Made by a program: the position numbers and the translations under genes. 64,000 nucleotides of DNA. Origin: the human T2T-CHM13v2.0 reference genome, Homo sapiens. Under the pieces are notes generated by a model that worked only from the letters and a program-made list of their open reading frames with translations, ran no database searches and was not told the DNA's origin. The stretch lies in the NCBI RefSeq assembly GCF_009914755.1, contig NC_060925.1. The stretch is one strand, 5' to 3'. Positions 13,091 through 26,680 of this stretch are shown in pieces. The stretch's first letter is position 1. The number at the start of each line of letters is the position of its first letter.

Positions 13091-14909
13091 TCAAATATTC
13101 AATATTTGTGACTTTCTAATTTACTACTGTCAGTTTCTTCAATTACTGATACCATTAAATTGTACTATATATATATATCATTCTCAGTACTGCATTAATC
13201 GCTCTCAAGTAACTGCTTGAAAATTATTTTATAGTAATTATTATGATGCATAATATTATTTTAACAAATTCTTCCCAAATTCTTTTAATGAAACTGCTTT
13301 CTTACCTTTCTAGTACATTTTTTCTCCATAAAGTTTCAGGTTAACATAAGTTCTCAGGAGCAATAAATAAGTTGAATAAATTTCATGTGAATTCTGACTC
13401 AAATGTTGATCATATCATTAGTGTATAAAAATGAAATATGTGCATTTTACAATGAATACCTTTTGTGACTTTCATTATTTCTTAAGACATTGTGGCTCCT
13501 AAGATTATCAGTAACTCTATATATCACTAGCACTGATGCACATGGTTGTCCCTAACTAACTAATTGAGTTTATATAGATAAGTAAGTAATTTACAGAAAG
13601 ACATTAATATCACTAACTACATTTAAACATAAGTAATATTTTTAAAAATTAAAATAGAATTAACAGTTCTTTACAGAATCATTCTTTAAAAATATTTATG
13701 AAAAATGTGTTAAAGTTATTATATTGGAAACGTTTTCACAAATATAAAGTGATTGAATGATTTCCATACGTGTTTACTTGACTGTGTAGAGCAGGGTTCT
13801 ATTGAGTGCATGTAAACTTTTACTCCTAAGACACCCACTAACCTAAGGAAAATATCCAAATCTTCCACACTTGCCAAGTACAGCAGAGCCTGCTATTTGA
13901 ATCTACAAATCCATTCTCCCATATTCCTTGTAGCAATAATATCTCCAAGTTGTATATGGATAGATGATCATCCAGCAAGAGTATGTCACTCTTAAGTCTC
14001 TACTTACCTCATCAGGACTGACAACAAAGAACTTAAAGATAAGCATCAATCTGTAGACCACATTTTGAGTAACTTCATTCTGTAATGCGAAGTGACTTTC
14101 TCAAAGACGCTTCCAACCAGCTATCGGCAGAATCTGAATATTCTGTTCCTTGGAAATCTCCTTCCCTCCCTGCGCTTCAGAGGTGCTTCATCAGTTTATG
14201 GATACCAAAATTGAAAAGGAGCTCATAAGACTGTGAAGACAACTTATTTCTAGCTTTATGATAAAGATTAGAAAATCAAGCCTTGAAAGCGAAGTGCTTT
14301 TCCTGTGTTCACACTACTAGTTAATGGTGGAGAGGGTGACAAAGACCATAGCACAAGGCTTCCATAATGGAGATCCCCAGTACCTTTCATGTCTGACTCT
14401 TCAGTTGTCAATAACTCCTGACTCTTTAACCTCCAGTTTCTTTGGTATCTGAATAAGATGTGAAGCTCTGGAAATATAATTTTTTAAACCTTTCTTGAAA
14501 GAAAGGCATGTCTCTTTGAAGAGAGAACACTGGGAGCAGTCTTTTCTTCACTGCACTTCACACGCAAGAAGATTCAGATGCAAAATGTTTATTTAGATGC
14601 TAGACCTGTATCATCGTGATGTATGTGATCTCTAGATGATCCTTTATCTGATAAATAAGGCAAAACAATACTAGCTCTTTGGAAGAGTCAACTTTTAGAA
14701 TTAAAATGATATTTTTTCACTGAATAATTGCACAATTTTACTTGACTTGTTTTAGGGCTTCATTTCTATTTTTTAAACACGTATTATTCCAACCTCATCC
14801 TCTTTTACTCATTCTCATTCCCTGAGCTCTAACTAAACTAGATGTTAGAGCTTGTCCCTATCTCCATATGTCTTGTCCAACCTGTTATTTTTCATTTTGT
14901 CTTTTTGTG

Positions 14910-15040
14910 GATATATATATATAAATATTTATATATATATAAATTTATAAATACATATTTAATATAAATGTTAACTATATATTTCATATAAGTATTAAAT
15001 ATATATACTTAATTTAAATATTAAATATATATATTTAATT
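14910..15040. repeat. AT-rich low-complexity tract
   Basis: Nearly pure A/T with (TA)n runs. Confidence 0.8.
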
Positions 15041-15429
15041 TCTAACTCTGTAATTAATAACTTTTCCCTTCAGCCTTTCTCTCAGTTTTTTCCTAATTTG
15101 TTTGTAAGACAATCACTAAGAAAGAAATTGCAGTTAAACACATAGCCCCATATGACTGCTCCTACTTTAAATGTTGATTACTAACTTTAGGTAGTGTTTT
15201 AATGATGCAACCATAGTATATTTAGACTATTAAATTTTCTTTTCCTTTCTCAGATGACTATTATATTGTTCATTATCTTTCCTTAAATTTCTAACATGTG
15301 CTTTTTTTTCCATATTCTTACAGTGTCCTTGAGTAAGTTAGTAGAAGGACAAAATCAAAACACAAAAAGATGGACCTTAACAGACCAGTGCTCCTCAAAG
15401 CTCTGATGTCTCTCTTGCAACCACTACTG

Positions 15430-15627
15430 TCACTAATGCATATTTCTGGATCTTGCTGTCATCACTGTGGTACCAAATGTACAAGAAAAGAAATATTTTT
15501 CTATCAATAAAATGTTTAGTTAGCAATATCACTAATGCATATTTCTGGATCTTGCTCTCATCACTGTGGTACCACATGTACAAGAAAAGAAATATTTTTC
15601 TATAAATAAAATGTTTCATTAGCAATA
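15430..15627. repeat. 99-bp tandem duplication
   Basis: Units 15430-15528 and 15529-15627, about 5 substitutions. Confidence 0.95.
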
Positions 15628-16966
15628 TTCCACAGCTATATCACAAAGACCCTGATTGTTAATATTGTTAATTGGTTCAGTTCCTGCAGCCCTTTTACAA
15701 TAACACACATATATAGTAATAGAGTTTCTGAGTCAGGCAAAAGTCAGTGTGTCTGGAATCGTCCACACTCTTGTTGCCTTATATATTTTAGGTAATCAAT
15801 ACAAATTCCTCCTCTTTTTAGGATGAGTTAATTCACTCTGGCTACAATTATTGTTCTTAAATTTGAACTTAACCTGTGCCACCTGGTTTAGCAAATATAT
15901 TTTAATAACTTTAATCCTTGAAGGAGTTTGTAAAATGCATTTCAGTTATTTTTCCTTTTTCATTTCCTAAGATATTTGATATTAAGGATGACTTGAATTT
16001 TATAAGCACACACATATTAGTTTAGGTGAAGTCTGAGTTTTTAGTGTATCCATCACTTAAATAGTTAACATTGTACCCCAAAGTCCACCTATTCTTAAAA
16101 AGTCCAGGAAATGCTACTTCTTATGTTTTCTCCTATTTTTAATGGCTCCATTATTTTACATTTAACTTGTAAATCTATTATTTATCTGCACATTTCCACA
16201 GCCATACATCTGTACGTTTGTGTGTGCGTAGAGGGTGTCTGTGTACACATTCTTTCTCTTGTGCCATTCTTGGAATATGGCATAAAAATTGGAGAAAAGT
16301 GAAGGACAAAAGACAAGAAGGCTAATGTCACACAAGTCTGAAGTCTGTTACTTAAAAAAAAAAAAAGTTTTGGAAAACTGAATAAGATCTGTTTACTACT
16401 TATGGGCCAGACCTATGTCCTATGATTGCCACTTACTACAATGGTGTTTGTAACCAATTCATATCCACCATTAGCAAAGAAATTCATCAGATCAGTTATT
16501 ACTAAACTACTAGCTCAAGATGGCAGAACAAGCTCACATTTTATCTTCTTCCACTTAATTGCATCTCACAATAACAAATTAAAGATAAATAGAAATATAA
16601 ATATGAAGTATATGAAATATGGTTGTAATGAAAAAATGCAAAAGCATGAATAAATTTGACTCTTATAAATGACATTCTATTTCTTCAATTCATTATGTTT
16701 TTTATAAATTATGCACTTACTTCTGAATTAAATATGAGAGCTCTGAATAAGCCAGAAAAGCTTTGAAAGTGCTGGAATGTTACTATTGGAGTAAGGACTG
16801 ATCAGTTGTGGTATTCACAACAATGACAACATAAAACTTTCCACGGTGTGCTCCAAAACAATATATTAATAATAATTGATTTATTAACATATCCAAAAGA
16901 GTAGAGCTAACTATGTAGCTAAATAAACTCAATCCATCATCTATTTAGAGAGGAAATCTTTAAAGG

Positions 16967-17018
16967 ATCTTATAAATTAGAAGAAAATACTAATCTTATA
17001 AATTATAAGAAAATACTA
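16967..17018. repeat. 26-bp tandem duplication
   Basis: atcttataaatta(g/t)aagaaaatacta x2. Confidence 0.9.
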
Positions 17019-17333
17019 ATACATAATACATTTTTAAGAAGGCTAATAGACCAAATAAATATATTCTCATGTTAGAACAATTGATTATGTGATGCTGGAC
17101 ATAAAAAACTTAAAAGCAAATTATTTTAAAGAAAAATGCAGGGTACCGAAAAGCTAAAGCTTAAATAAACATATTAATTTAGAAACACTTTTAAAGGTGT
17201 AGAAAAGATTTACTCTATAAAGAAAATTATAACCAGGTGCCCAGAAGATTGGTTTTTAATTCACCTTTTGGGAAGGCAAAAGGATCATTTGCAAACCAAT
17301 GCCAATTTATTAAAAATCTAGATTATATGCCAG

Positions 17334-17433
17334 CTTATCCAAGATAAATTATTTTTCCCTTGTTCATCTTATCTAAGATGAAACATTTGTCCCTTGTTTA
17401 CCGTATCTAAGATGAATTATTTGTCCCTTGTTA
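17334..17433. repeat. 34-bp minisatellite, 3 copies
   Basis: Consensus cttatctaagatgaattatttgtcccttgtt; units start at 17334, 17368 and 17402. Confidence 0.9.
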
Positions 17434-18299
17434 GAGTATAGAAATCTTAGGAAGGTACCAAAATGAAAATAGTTGTAACTTTAAAGACTATTAAAACAAG
17501 TATAAAATAAGTAGGAAATAAACTAATCATGATGTTGATATGTAGAGTAGGTTAAGATATAAGTATGCTAATAAATGGCATATAAGCTTTATAATTATGT
17601 ACATTTTATCTTCACTGTGATGTATTTGAAGTAGCCAGAAGAATCATTCTTCCAAATGTTACATTATAATGAATCTTGAATTAAATAAAATAAAGCTTTG
17701 TGGTTGCTTTTTTCTTATGCAGAAAAATGGTTGGGGCATGAAATTAATGAGTACATTTGTCCAGTAATAACATAGAATGGATGCCTTGGAAATATTCCTG
17801 CTAGAAAGCGTCAAAGAGTGTTTGATAAAATTTTATTTTAGAAAACCACTAGTAAATAAAGTAGTTAGTACATGAATATGAAAGAAAGTTCTTGCAGGTG
17901 TATTGTGGTAACAAAGATGTTCCATCATTGTGATTGATCTACAAAGCCAGTGCTTATCGTTTGAACATCTATCACTGGTGGACTAGACAGATTTAACATG
18001 CTGCATAGAGAACACGGGAGGCCCAGTGTGGGGACTTCATAAAGTAGCCGATATTATAATGAATTAATTATTACCCAGGGAAACCCTAAAGAAAACTCTT
18101 ATTTAGAAACCAAGGAAAAAAGCCTATGCACATTGTAGATTCATACATTTGTTGCTTGGTGTTTTAAACTTGACTATAGATTGAGGAGAAAATAAGAAAA
18201 ATAATTATTATCTGCATGCCAGTAATCAGGTCAGTTATATGATAGAAAAACCTGACGACAAATACACAGCCTTAGTCTCGGATTTGTAGTTACCGCAAA

Positions 18300-18817
18300 C
18301 ATCTCCTGAAGAAGCATAAAACAAAATTAAGTCTAGCAGGACAAATTTTATAATTAGGGTTCAAAAAGTTCCCACAAATGAAATTCCAAATATCATGAAC
18401 TCTACGTTTCAGAATTAGAAAAATTCTGAGCAAATAAGCTAATAATTGTGAGAATCATTTGAAACTACACGGTCAAACCTCTGGTAATTGTAGATACTGC
18501 ATTATCAAATGCAGAATATAAAATATTTAAGCTAACATATTAAAAAATAAGATATCAAAAGCATGAAGAAAGTACAAAAAAAGTTACAAAATGAATACTT
18601 ATATTTATATTTAGGAAGCCCAGCTAATCTTCAATAAGATAATTATATCAATAGAGTGTCAAAACTGCAAAACACAAAAGGTAAGGACAATATCTTAAAA
18701 GGAGTCAATGATAAAATACAGATTACCTTCATGAAAATTACATGCTTACAGCAGATTACCTAGCTTCAGTAATGAATAAATATGCCAAGTAACTTTTTTT
18801 AACAAAACCTTTATCTA
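18300..18817 (+). mobile_element. Old L1M/HAL1 ORF1-like fragment, apparently continuing at ~24700-25020
   Basis: A-rich ORF1-like text (aaactgcaaaacacaaaag...atcttaaaag...cagattacc). Confidence 0.45.
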
Positions 18818-18830
18818 AAATCATATAGTT

Positions 18831-21800
18831 TGGGGTGTGGCCAAGATGGCCGACTAGAAGCAACAGCAATGGGAGGCTCCCATCCAAAAGAACAATAATA
18901 GCATATGAATCCTGCACTGGCAACCGAGATATCCAGGTTCTCTCATCAGAACTGACTAGGTGGCTGGCGTGACCCATGGAGAGGAAAGAAGAGCAATGTG
19001 GTGCAGCAGCCCACCTGAGAGCCAAATGGGGCAGGGGAGTCCCCATCCCCTAGCCAAGGGAGCCCATGAGTCAACATGTTACCCATCCAGGGAAACTGCC
19101 TTTTCCATGGAACTGTGCAACCCACGGATGGGATGTTGCCACTCGTGAGCCCATGCCACCAAGTCTAGGGTCTCAACCCCAAAGCCATGCAGGTTCTTAA
19201 CAGACGCTCAGCTAGAATCTGCTTAAGCCTGGGGGGAGGGGCTCCTGGGGGGAGAGGTGACCAGCACCACAGCTGCAGCTGGCTGCTGTCTAAGCTGCTT
19301 GAGCTACTTGGGGGAGGGGGCAGCAGCCAGCACTGGGACTGATAGCTGCCTAACACACTAAGCTCCCTGGTCATGGGAAGGGAGGCAGCCATCTCTACAG
19401 CTGCAGACCATGCTTTTTCCCTGCTGGAGCCGGGGAGGCTAGATGGCTTAATCCAAGAAGTGTCCCCCATACACCAACACACTGGCTGTGACAGATTGTG
19501 GCCAGAGTGCCTCTTCAGGGCTGACCCTGACCCTCCTCACTGGGTAGGGCCTCCCTGCAGGAGCTCCAACATCTCCAGACAGGTGCTCAGTGACAGAACT
19601 CTGATCTCCCTGGGTCTGAGCCCCTAGGGGGAGGGTTGGCTGCAGTCTCTGTGGACCAGCAGACTTAGCCTTTCCTTCTAGTAGTCCTGAGGAATCTAAG
19701 CATCCCAAATGAGTGGGTTTTCCCCCAGCAAAGCACACCCACTCTACCAAGTGACAGTCAAAGTGCTTCGTTAAATGCATTCTATACCCCGTGCCACCCA
19801 ACAGTGTGAGACCCTCCAACAGGGGTTGTCAGACATCCCATTCAGGAGCAATCCAACTGGCATCAGGATGGTGCCCTTCAAGGTCAGAGATCACAGAGGA
19901 AGGAGCAGGCACCCATCTTTGCTGTTCTCCAGCTTCCTTGAGTGACATCTCCAGGCACGGGATCAAACCAGATGAACAGGGCCTGAAGTGAACCCCCAGG
20001 AAACCACAGCAGACCTACAGAAGAGGGACCTGAACATTGAAAGAAAAACCAACAAACAGAAAGTAACAACAACAGCATCAACAACAAAAACAGTCCCCAT
20101 GAAAACCCCATTCAAGGGTCAGCAGCCTCAAAGATTGAGTTTAGACAAACTTATGAAGATAAGAAAGAATCAATAAAAACACGCTGAAAACACAAAAGGC
20201 CAGAGTGCATCTTCAACTCCAGATGATCCCAATGCCTCTCCAGCAAGTGTGCAGAAATGGACAGAGGATAAGATGGACGAATTGACAGAAGTAGGCTTCA
20301 GAAGATGGGTAATAACAAACTCCACTGAGTTAAAGGAACATGTTCTAACAATGCAAAGAAGCTAAAAACCTAGATAAAAGGTGATAGGAGCTACTAACTA
20401 GAATAACCAGTTTAGACAGGAACATAAATGACCTGACGGAGCTGAAAAAACACAGCATGAGAACTTCGTGAAGCATACACAAATATCAATAGTCAAATCG
20501 ACCAAGCAGAGGAAAGGATATCAGATTTGGAAGACCATCTTGCTGAAATAAAGCATGCAGACAAGATTAGAATAAAAAGAAATAAACAAAGCCTCTGAGA
20601 AATATGGGACTATGTAAGGAGACCGAACCTACAATTGACTGGAGTACCTGAAGGAGATGGGGAGAATGGAAACAAGCTAGAAAACATCTTCAGGATATTA
20701 TGCAGGGGAACTTCCCCAACCTAGCAAGACAGACCAACATTCAAATTCAGGAAATACAGAGAACACGAGTAAGATACTCCACGAGAAGATCAACACCAAG
20801 ACACATAATCAATAATCATCAGATTCTCTAAGGTTGAAATGAAGAAAAAAATGTTAAGGGCAGTCAGAGAGAAAGGCAAGGTGACCTACAAAGGGAAGCC
20901 CATCAGACTAACAGCAGATCTGTCAGCAGGAACCCTGCAAGCCAGAAGACAGTGGGAGCCAATATTCAACATTTTTTAAAAAAAAACAACAAATTTTCAA
21001 CCCAGATTTTTATATTTAGCCAAACTAAGCTTCAAAAGCCAAGGAGAAATAAAATCCTTTCCAGACAAGCAAGTGCTGAGGGATTTTGTCACCACAAGGC
21101 CTGCCTTGTGAGAGCTCCTCCTGAAGAAAGCACTAAATATGAAAAGGAAAAACAGGTACTAGCCACTGCAAAAACACAGCAAAATAAAAAGACCAATGAC
21201 ACTATGAAGAAACTGCATCAACTGGTGGGCAAAAAACCAGATAGCATCATGATGACAGAATCACATTTACACATAACAATACTAACTTCAAAGATAAATG
21301 AGCTAAATTCCCCAATTAAAAGAAACAGACTGGCAAATTTGAAAAAGAGTCAAGATCCGTCAGTGTGCTGTATTCAGGAGAACCATCATACATGCAAAGA
21401 CACCCATAGGCTCAAAATAAAGGTATGGAGGAAAATTTATCAAGCAAATGTAAACCAAAAAAAGCAGGGGTTGCAATCCTAGTAAACAGCCTTTAAACCA
21501 ACAAAGATCAAAAAGACAAAGAACGGCATTATATAATGGTAAAGGAATCAATTCAACAAGAAGAGCTAACTATACTAAATATATGGACCCAATACAGGAG
21601 CACCCAAATGGATAAAACAAGTACTTAGAGACCTACAAAGGGACATAGAACCCACATGATAATAGTGAGAGACTTTAATACCCCACTGTCAATATTAGGA
21701 AGATGAAGAAGACAGAAAATTTACGAGGATATTCAGGACTTGAACTCAGCTCTGCATCAAGTGGACCCAATAGACATCTACAGAACTCTCCAGCCCAAAT

Positions 21801-24684
21801 CACCAGAATATGCATTCTTCCCAATGCCACATGTCACTTATTCCAAAATTGACCACATAATTTAAAGTAAAACACTCCTCAGCAAATGCAAAAGAACTGA
21901 AATCATAACAAACAGTCTTTCAGACCACAGTGCAATCAAATTATACCTCAGTAATAAGAAACTCACTCAAAACCACACAATTACAGGGAAATTGAACAAC
22001 TTGTTCCTGAATGACTCCTGGATAAATAATGAAATTAAGGCAGATATCAAGAAGTTCTTTGAAACCAGGGAGAACAAAGAGACAATGTACCAGAATCTCT
22101 GGGAGATGCAAAAGCAGTGTTAAGAGGGAAATGTATAGCGCTAAATGTCCACATCAGAAATCTAGAAAGATCTCAAATTGACACCCTAGCATCACAATTA
22201 AAAGAGCTAGAAGGACAAGATCTAACTAATCCAATACTTAGCAAAAGGCAAGAAATAACTAAGATCAGAGCAAAACTGAAGGAGATAGAGACACAAAAAT
22301 CCTCCAAAAAAATCAACGAACCCAGGGGCTGTTTTATTGAAAAAAAATTAACAAAATAGGTAGACCACTAGCTAGACTAGACTAGCAAATCAATAAATGT
22401 AATCCATCATATAAAGAGAATCAAAGAAAAAAACACACATTTATCTCAATGCATGCAGAAAAGACCTCTGATGAAATTCAACATTTCTTCATGTTAAAAA
22501 CTCTCAATAAACTACATATTGATGGAACATATCTCAAAATAAAAACAGCTATTTATGACAAACACATAGCCAATATCATGTTGAATGGGAAAAAGCTGAA
22601 AGCATTCCCTTTGAAAACTGGTACAAGACAAGGATGCCCGCTCTCACTACTCCCATTCAACATAGCATTGGAAGTTCTGGCCAGGGCAATCAGTCAAGAG
22701 AAAAAAAAAATGAAGGGTATTCAGATAGGAAGAGAGGAAGACAAATTGCCTCTGTTTGCAGACCACATAATTGTATATTTAGAAAACCCCATCATCCCAA
22801 CCCAAAAACTCCTTAAGCTGATAAGTAACTTCAGCAAAGACTCAGGATATAAAATCAATGTGCAAAAATCACAAGCATTCCTATGCACCAACAATAGACA
22901 AGCAGAAAACGAAATCATTAATGAACTCCCATTTACAATTGCTAAAAAGAAAATAAAATACCTAGGAATACATCTAACAAGAGAAGTGAAAGACCTGTTC
23001 AAGGAGAACTACAAACCACTACTCAAGGAAATAAGAGAGGACACAAACAAATGGAAAAACATTTCATCCTCAAGGATAGGAAGAATCAATATTGAGAAAA
23101 TGGCCATACTGCCCAGATTAGTTTATACATTCAGTTCTATTCCACCAAACTACCATTGACATTCTTCACAGAATTAGAAAAAAAAAACTACTCAAAATTT
23201 CATATGTAGCCAAAGAAGAGACTGTATAGCTAAGACAATCCTAAGCAAAAAGAGCAAAGCTGGAGGCATCACAGTACGTGACTTCAAACTGTATCACAGG
23301 GCTTTAGTAATCAAAATGGCATGGTACTGATACCAAAACAGACATATAGATTAATGGGACAGAACAGAGAACTCAGAAATAACCTCACACATCAACATGC
23401 ATCTGATGTTTGACAAACAAGCAGTGTTTGAAAAGCAAGAAATGGGGAAGTATCTCCTATTCAATAAATGGTGCTGGGAAAACTGGCTAGCCATATGCAG
23501 AAAACTGAAACTGGACCTCTTCCTTATACCTTATTCAAAAATTAACTCAAGATATATTAAAGACTTAAATGTAAAACCCAAAATCATCAAAATCTTAGAA
23601 GAAAACCTAGGCAATACCATGCAGAACATATGCATGGGCAAAGACTTCATGATGAAAACACCAAAAACAATTTTAAAAAAAAGTCAAAATTGACAAATGG
23701 GATCTAATTTCACTAAAGAGCTTCTGCATGGCAAAATAAACTATTATCAATGTGAATAGGCAAGCTATAGAATGGGAGAAAATTTTTGCAATTGTACCCA
23801 CCTGACAAAGTCGAATACCCAAAATGTAGGAACTGAAACAAATTTACAAGAAAAAAAATCAAAAAGTGGGCAAAGGACATGAAAGACACTACTCAAAAGA
23901 AGACATTTATGCAGCCAGCAAGCATATGAAACAGAGCACAACATCACTGATCATTAGAGAAATGCAAATCAGAACCACAATTAGATACCATCTCATGCCA
24001 GTCAGAATGGTGATTATTGAAAAGACGAGAAATAATAGATGCTAGTGTGGCTGTGGAGAAATAGGAACCCTTTTACACTGTTAGTGGGAATGTAAATTAG
24101 TCAACCATGGTGGAAGATAGTGTGGCACTTCCTCAAGGATCTAGAACCAGAAATAACATTTGACCCAGCAATCCCATTACTGGGTGTATACCCAAAGGAA
24201 TATAAATCATTCTACAACAAAGACACATGCACACGTATGTTTATTGTACCTCTATTTACAATAGTAAAGACAGGGAACCGACTCAAATGTCCATCAATGA
24301 TAGACTGGATAAAGAAAATGTAGTAAATGCACACCATGGAATACTATGCAGCCATAAAAATGAATGAGATCATGTCCTTTGCAGTGATATTGATGAAGCT
24401 GGAAGCCATCATGCTCAGCAAACTAACACAGGAATAGAAAACCAAATACTGCATGTTCTCACTCATAAGTGGCAGTAGAACAATGAGAACACATGGACAC
24501 AGGGAGGGGAACAACACACACTGGGGCCTGTGGGGGGTTGAGAGCAAGGTGAAGGACCCTAGAGGATGGGTCAATAGGTGCAGCAAACCACCATGGCACA
24601 TGTATACCTATGTAACAAATTTGCACATTCTGCACATGTATCCCAAAACTTAAGTAAAATAAAATAATAAAATTAAATAAAATT
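18831..24684 (+). mobile_element. Near-full-length L1PA8A-like LINE-1, inactive, with internal ORF2 deletion
   Basis: 5'UTR starts ggggtgtggCCAAGATGGCCG (YY1 site). ORF1 remnant from ~20152 and ORF2 remnant from ~21250, both with stops and frameshifts; RT motif FADD reads FADH. 3'UTR and A-tail present. Degenerate TSD AAATCATAYAGT at 18818-18829 and 24685-24696. Confidence 0.93.
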
Positions 24685-25048
24685 AAATCATACAGTCAAT
24701 AAAAATACTTTGAATAACAATATTAAAATGTAATTTCAGCTGACAGGGTTAATGTTAACAGACCCTCACCAGCGGAACTCTAAAGGGTCAGTCATGAAAA
24801 AATGAAAACAAAACAAAACAAGACTTTGTTGATTTGACTTGCTCTAACCAGGAGTCACAAGCAAATAAAATTAGACATATGGAGATAAAGACATATTATC
24901 TAAATGTACATTGATTTTACAAAATAATAATTTTCTAATTTGAGGCATTAAATAAATAGAATAGAAATAAAATAGCAGGTAAAAACAGCACATATTTTGG
25001 TGAAGGTTATAATTATTAATAGAGACAAAGATTTCTTTTTATACTTAT

Positions 25049-25416
25049 TGATATGGTTTGGCTGTGTCCCCACCCAAATCTCATCTTGAATTGTCACTGT
25101 CACAATTCCCATGTGTTGTTGGAAGAACCCATGGGAGGCGATTAAATTATGGAGGTGAGTCTTTCTTGTGCTGTTCTTGTGATAGTGAATGAGTCTCAGG
25201 AGATTTGATGGTTTTTAAAATGGGAGATTCTCTGCACAAGCTCTCTTTTTGCCTGCTGCCATACGCATAAGATGTGACTTGCTCCTCCTTGCCATCTGTC
25301 ATGTTATGAAGCCTGTCCAGCCACGTGGAACTGGGAGCCCAATTAAACCTCTTTCTTCTGTAAATTGCCCAGTCTTAGGTATGTCTTTATCAGCAACATG
25401 AAAATAGACCAATACA
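25049..25416 (+). mobile_element. THE1A/B LTR (5' LTR of a truncated element)
   Basis: tgatatggtttggctgtgtccccaccc...gaccaataca. Confidence 0.9.
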
Positions 25417-26374
25417 GTAAATTGGTACCAGTAGAATGGAGTGCTGCTGAAAAGATACCCGAAAATGTGGAAGCCACTTTGGAACTGGGTAACAAACAGG
25501 GGCTGAACAGTTTGGAGGGCTTAGAAGAAGACAGGAAAATGTGGGAAAGTTTGGAATTTCCTACAGACTTGTTGAATTGCTTTGCTTCCTAGATACTTGT
25601 TTGAAAATGCTGTTAGTGATAAAGTCAATGAAATCCAGGCTGATGTGTTGGTCCCAGATAAAGATGAGGAACTTGTTGGAAACTGCAGCGAAGGTGACTA
25701 TTGTTATGTTTTGGCAAAGAGACTGGCAGCATTTTGCCCCTGCCCTAGAGATGTGTGGAACTTTGAACTTGAGAGTGATGATTTAGGGTATCTGGAGGAA
25801 GAAATTTCTAAGCAGCAAAGCGTTTGAGAGTTGACTTGAGTGCTATTAAAGGTATTCAGTTTTTTTTTTTTTTTTTGAGATGGAACCTCGCTCTGTTGCC
25901 CAGGATGGAGTGCAGTGGTGCAATCTTGGCTCACTACAAACACTGCCTCCCAAGTTCAAGCAGTTCTCCTGCCTCAGCCTCCTGAGTAGCTGCCGTTACA
26001 GGTGTGTGACACCACACCCGGCTAATTTTTTGTATTTTTAGTAGAGATGGGGGTTTCAGCATTTTAGCCAGGATGGTCTCCGTCTCCTGACCTCGTGATC
26101 TGCCTGCTTCAGCCAAGGCAATTAGTTTTATAAGGGAAGCAGAGAATAAAAGTTCAGAAATTTTGCAGCCTGATAATACGACAGAAAAGAAAATCTTATT
26201 TTCTGAGGAGAAATATAAGCCAGCAGCAAAAAATTTGCATAAGTAACAAGAAGCCAAATATTAATCTCCAAGACAATGGGGAAAATATCTCCAGGGTATT
26301 TCAGAGGTCTTCACAAGGTAGCCCCTCCCATCACAGGCCTGGATGCCTAGGAGGCCTAGGGCTGGGCCCAGGGT
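25417..26374 (+). mobile_element. THE1-int, truncated and interrupted by an Alu
   Basis: gtaaattggtaccagtaga start; MaLR-int ORF remnants (KIPENVEATLELGN, CPCPRDVWNFELE). Confidence 0.88.
25861..26114 (-). mobile_element. 5'-truncated AluSc-like element
   Basis: T-tail at 25860-25876; lacks roughly the first 45 nt; degenerate TSD aaggtattcagtttt / aaggcaattagtttt. Confidence 0.9.
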
Positions 26375-26680
26375 AATTAGCATATCCATCTTCTCAAACA
26401 TTAATTATTGCTTTGTGTGGAGAATGTTCAATGCCCTCCTTTTAACTCTTTGAAACTATTTAATATATTATTGTTAACTGTAGTCATCCTACGGTGCTAT
26501 AGAACACTAGAACTTATTCTTCCTATCTAGCTGTAATTGTTATTAATTTTTAAGGGGTCTTGGTATATTTTGCATATTAGTTTTTATCAGATGAGTGTTT
26601 TGTAAAGACTGTATCATGATCTGTGGTTTGTCTTTTTATTCTCTTAGCATTTTTTTTTACAAGAGAGAAGTTTTTTAAAA
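26369..26680 (-). mobile_element. L1MA 3' fragment plus adjacent older L1M fragment
   Basis: cagggtaattagcatatccatc...gtgctatagaacactagaacttattc resembles the L1MA 3'UTR antisense. Confidence 0.7.

Noticed and set aside
15395-15625. Repeat-containing protein ORF
   Set aside because: Artefact of the 99-bp tandem duplication.
17334-17433. CRISPR-like array (34-bp palindromic repeats)
   Set aside because: Units are head-to-tail with no spacers, there are no cas genes, and the context is primate DNA.
18831-24684. Active LINE-1
   Set aside because: ORF1 has an early stop; ORF2 has frameshifts, an internal deletion and FADH at the RT active site.
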